DNA of 61,645 nt, counting the filler, from Globobulimina sp. (lineage: Eukaryota), in NCBI GenBank assembly GCA_003354225.1. It is 18 parts of 18 records of this genome, joined end to end, with 100 filler letters (N's around TTAATTAATTAA, not from the genome) between each part and the next. Parts side by side here need not be neighbours in the genome. Positions count along the whole stretch, not along the records: positions 58,317 to 61,645 come from PIVH01003071.1; 17 more parts are not named here. One strand, given 5' to 3'. How positions within the stretch are numbered: the first letter of the stretch is position 1; each line of letters opens with the position of its first letter. This document shows, piece by piece, positions 59,330-61,645 of this stretch. The position numbers and the translations under genes are program-made. The notes below the pieces were generated by a model. That model worked only from the letters and a program-made list of their open reading frames with translations, made no database searches and was not told the origin of the DNA.

Positions 59330-61645
59330 ATGTATTTTTTTGTTTATTGTCTGTTGAACAGTTACATTGTATTTGGTGAAGAAAACGAATTTGACAAATC
59401 ATCGATTTACTTCAATGAAGGATATGCAACCAATTGGGACACTTTTCAATGTTTTAACGAGTCACAGATTGAATATTACAGAAAGAAGTATGGAATAAAT
59501 GATGAGAAATTATTAAACACAAACAATAAAATCTCACTTGGCGGAGAAGAATGGTCATTTTATAATTTCATCGCAAACATAATCTTACGAGAAATATTTA
59601 ATTATAATGTATCTGTTTATGATTTTTATTACGATGCGATTGAAGCCATCAGTCATAATCAAGAAGTTGTGGACAATGTCGGTTTGTATCATTTAATGTT
59701 ATGGTCCACAGATTTCCCGCATTATAATTTATTCACTTATTACAATCCAGCAATCAACGTGGCATTTAATGGGATTTTATGGTCGTATTTCTTAGCAATG
59801 CAAACCGAGGCATTACAAAGTATGGAGTCGGAATTGCTGACAGCAAATATTAGCAAACATTTGGATTTTTGGAGATCTTTCAATGAATCGGAAATAATCA
59901 ATGCAATGACTCCAACCTCGCAAGTTGAAAATGGTGGAATGTGTTATGACGAAACTGATGCATGGCTCGATTGGTCCAATGGATGTTTGAATGATACACA
60001 AAACAATATTTATAATGGTACATTTTATCCATATCAATGCGGTGCTGAATCACAATCAGAATGTTTGTCTATTTTGACATTAATACCGCAATATAGTTAT
60101 CATTTGCATTCAGAATTAATTAATGAACATAATGTAAAATGGAATGTAAAATATCTCGGTGCAAATTGGAATATGTTAGCAACCGATTTATGGCAAAAGC
60201 ATTTAAAAAACCAAACCCGCGCACTTTATGAGATTTGGACGCCATCAATTTTCGAAGTCTCTGCAAATTGGACACAAATCTCAATCCCAATGGATTCCGC
60301 ATTAAACAAAGCTGAGTATGTATTTAAAGCAATTAATAATAACATTCGATATCTATCCAAATTTGCCTATGATTTTCTGATTTCAACTGAAATGTCGGGA
60401 GATGATTATAATTCGATTTATAATGAAATATACAAAGATCGTGGCATAAATGTTGAAAATGCACAACAAAATCTCAATTATTCGTGCAAATGGCTGCATC
60501 AATTTGAATCAAAATGGGATGTCTGGATCACAAATGCAATGAGTTTGAAAGGTTATGATTTGAAGCATTTTTGCGACCATATCTCTGATCATACCATATT
60601 ACAATTACTCACTGAAACCACTGATTCCAATGATCGAATTCGAGCAATTTTGAGAGATAAAAATAAATTTTTTGCTGATATTATTGATGCAGAATCGAGT
60701 GATGCAATCATTGATCAATTTGGGATGGAGTATGCGTTGGAATATTGTACAAAATCTAAAGATGAATTTGTTGAAAAGACAGACTATCGAATATGTGCTA
60801 TATTATCTGGAGTTGGAATTGCATTTTCTTTTATATTTATGATGGAGGTTTTGATGAAACGCTCAGAAAAGGTATTTCAAGCTACATCATATGAAATATT
60901 ATTAGTAATTTTATTTGGCTCTTTGATTGGTTTCATAATTCCGTTTTTATCAGACACATCCAATAAAATTCATTCTTATTCGCGGCCAATTTTATTCCAA
61001 ATTTCATTCATCATCATATTCGGTTCATTATTATTGAAAATGTGGCGACGAAATTATTATATAAATGCAGCAGAAAAGGCCAAAAAACCAAAGAAAATCA
61101 CAAATATATCATTGTTTATCAGATTATTAACTGCATTATTTGTGGTATTAATGTATTTGTGTATTTTACTATTTTTGTATCCGATGCGAATGGAAACCAT
61201 TGTGTTTGAAAGAGTCAATTTTCCGAAAGTCTTTGTATGGAATGAAATATTTATGGATTGGTACAAAGCATTATTAGTAATGGAGTTAATCGGTTTCTTA
61301 TACCTCGCCAAAATATCATGGAATATGCGTCATTTAAGTGACAAATACAATGAATTCATAATGATTTCAATTATAACCATAACTGGAATGTCTTTTTTAT
61401 TATTCCACGAGGCATTGTTTCCGTTGTTATCATCCGATCCCGTTACAATATATTTTTATCAAAATATCAAGATTATAATAATGATTTATGTGGTTGTTAT
61501 CTCAGTAGTTTTGCCCAAATTCATAGCAATCCGCAACGGCATTGAATATTCGCCCGCGATCAGTGAAGAAAGAATGATTATCAAAGTATCTACAATGACG
61601 AAAGACAACTTGTGCACAATTAAGAGATATCTGAAAAAATATGGT
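59330..61645 (+). CDS. Class C-like GPCR with an OpuAC/ProX-like periplasmic-binding ectodomain, 3'-truncated (absent from the ORF track)
   Basis: Manual translation gives 772 uninterrupted codons: signal peptide; IWTPS, AYDFL and CKWLHQFESKWDVW; then 7TM with FGSLLLKMWR, WNMRHLSDKYNE and VLPKF. Confidence 0.8.
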   Translation, partial: MYFFVYCLLNSYIVFGEENEFDKSSIYFNEGYATNWDTFQCFNESQIEYYRKKYGINDEKLLNTNNKISLGGEEWSFYNFIANIILREIFNYNVSVYDFYYDAIEAISHNQEVVDNVGLYHLMLWSTDFPHYNLFTYYNPAINVAFNGILWSYFLAMQTEALQSMESELLTANISKHLDFWRSFNESEIINAMTPTSQVENGGMCYDETDAWLDWSNGCLNDTQNNIYNGTFYPYQCGAESQSECLSILTLIPQYSYHLHSELINEHNVKWNVKYLGANWNMLATDLWQKHLKNQTRALYEIWTPSIFEVSANWTQISIPMDSALNKAEYVFKAINNNIRYLSKFAYDFLISTEMSGDDYNSIYNEIYKDRGINVENAQQNLNYSCKWLHQFESKWDVWITNAMSLKGYDLKHFCDHISDHTILQLLTETTDSNDRIRAILRDKNKFFADIIDAESSDAIIDQFGMEYALEYCTKSKDEFVEKTDYRICAILSGVGIAFSFIFMMEVLMKRSEKVFQATSYEILLVILFGSLIGFIIPFLSDTSNKIHSYSRPILFQISFIIIFGSLLLKMWRRNYYINAAEKAKKPKKITNISLFIRLLTALFVVLMYLCILLFLYPMRMETIVFERVNFPKVFVWNEIFMDWYKALLVMELIGFLYLAKISWNMRHLSDKYNEFIMISIITITGMSFLLFHEALFPLLSSDPVTIYFYQNIKIIIMIYVVVISVVLPKFIAIRNGIEYSPAISEERMIIKVSTMTKDNLCTIKRYLKKYG

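Overview
This window is not one locus. It is 18 unlinked contigs of about 3.33 kb, sorted by length and joined by an artificial 100-nt linker (44 N + TTAATTAATTAA + 44 N). Most contigs are AT-rich eukaryotic nuclear DNA with short GT-AG introns (about 45-90 nt), which I resolved by hand and which join many ORF-track fragments in frame. The gene repertoire looks like a foraminiferan or other rhizarian protist (inference): axonemal dynein, USP, ankyrin-RING, kinase, SPRY, SET, SLC25, TLC, vanin, 7TM receptors and PT-repeat surface proteins. Highlights: (1) a gene whose two long introns are near-perfect foldback hairpins sharing a motif, plus GC-rich T-shaped double-hairpin cores (contig 1); (2) a Polinton/Maverick-type viral module (adenain-like protease and A32-like ATPase) enclosing an antisense three-exon cargo gene (contig 17); (3) a bacterial-type TetR gene abutting a eukaryotic SPRY gene, with a possible read-through TGA; (4) unusual architectures: PI-PLC-X fused to prominin-like, an OpuAC-like ectodomain on a class C GPCR missed by the ORF track, and a lipid-anchored 2H phosphoesterase; (5) several MITE-like foldback repeats. 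All family assignments come from motif recognition only; no searches were run.
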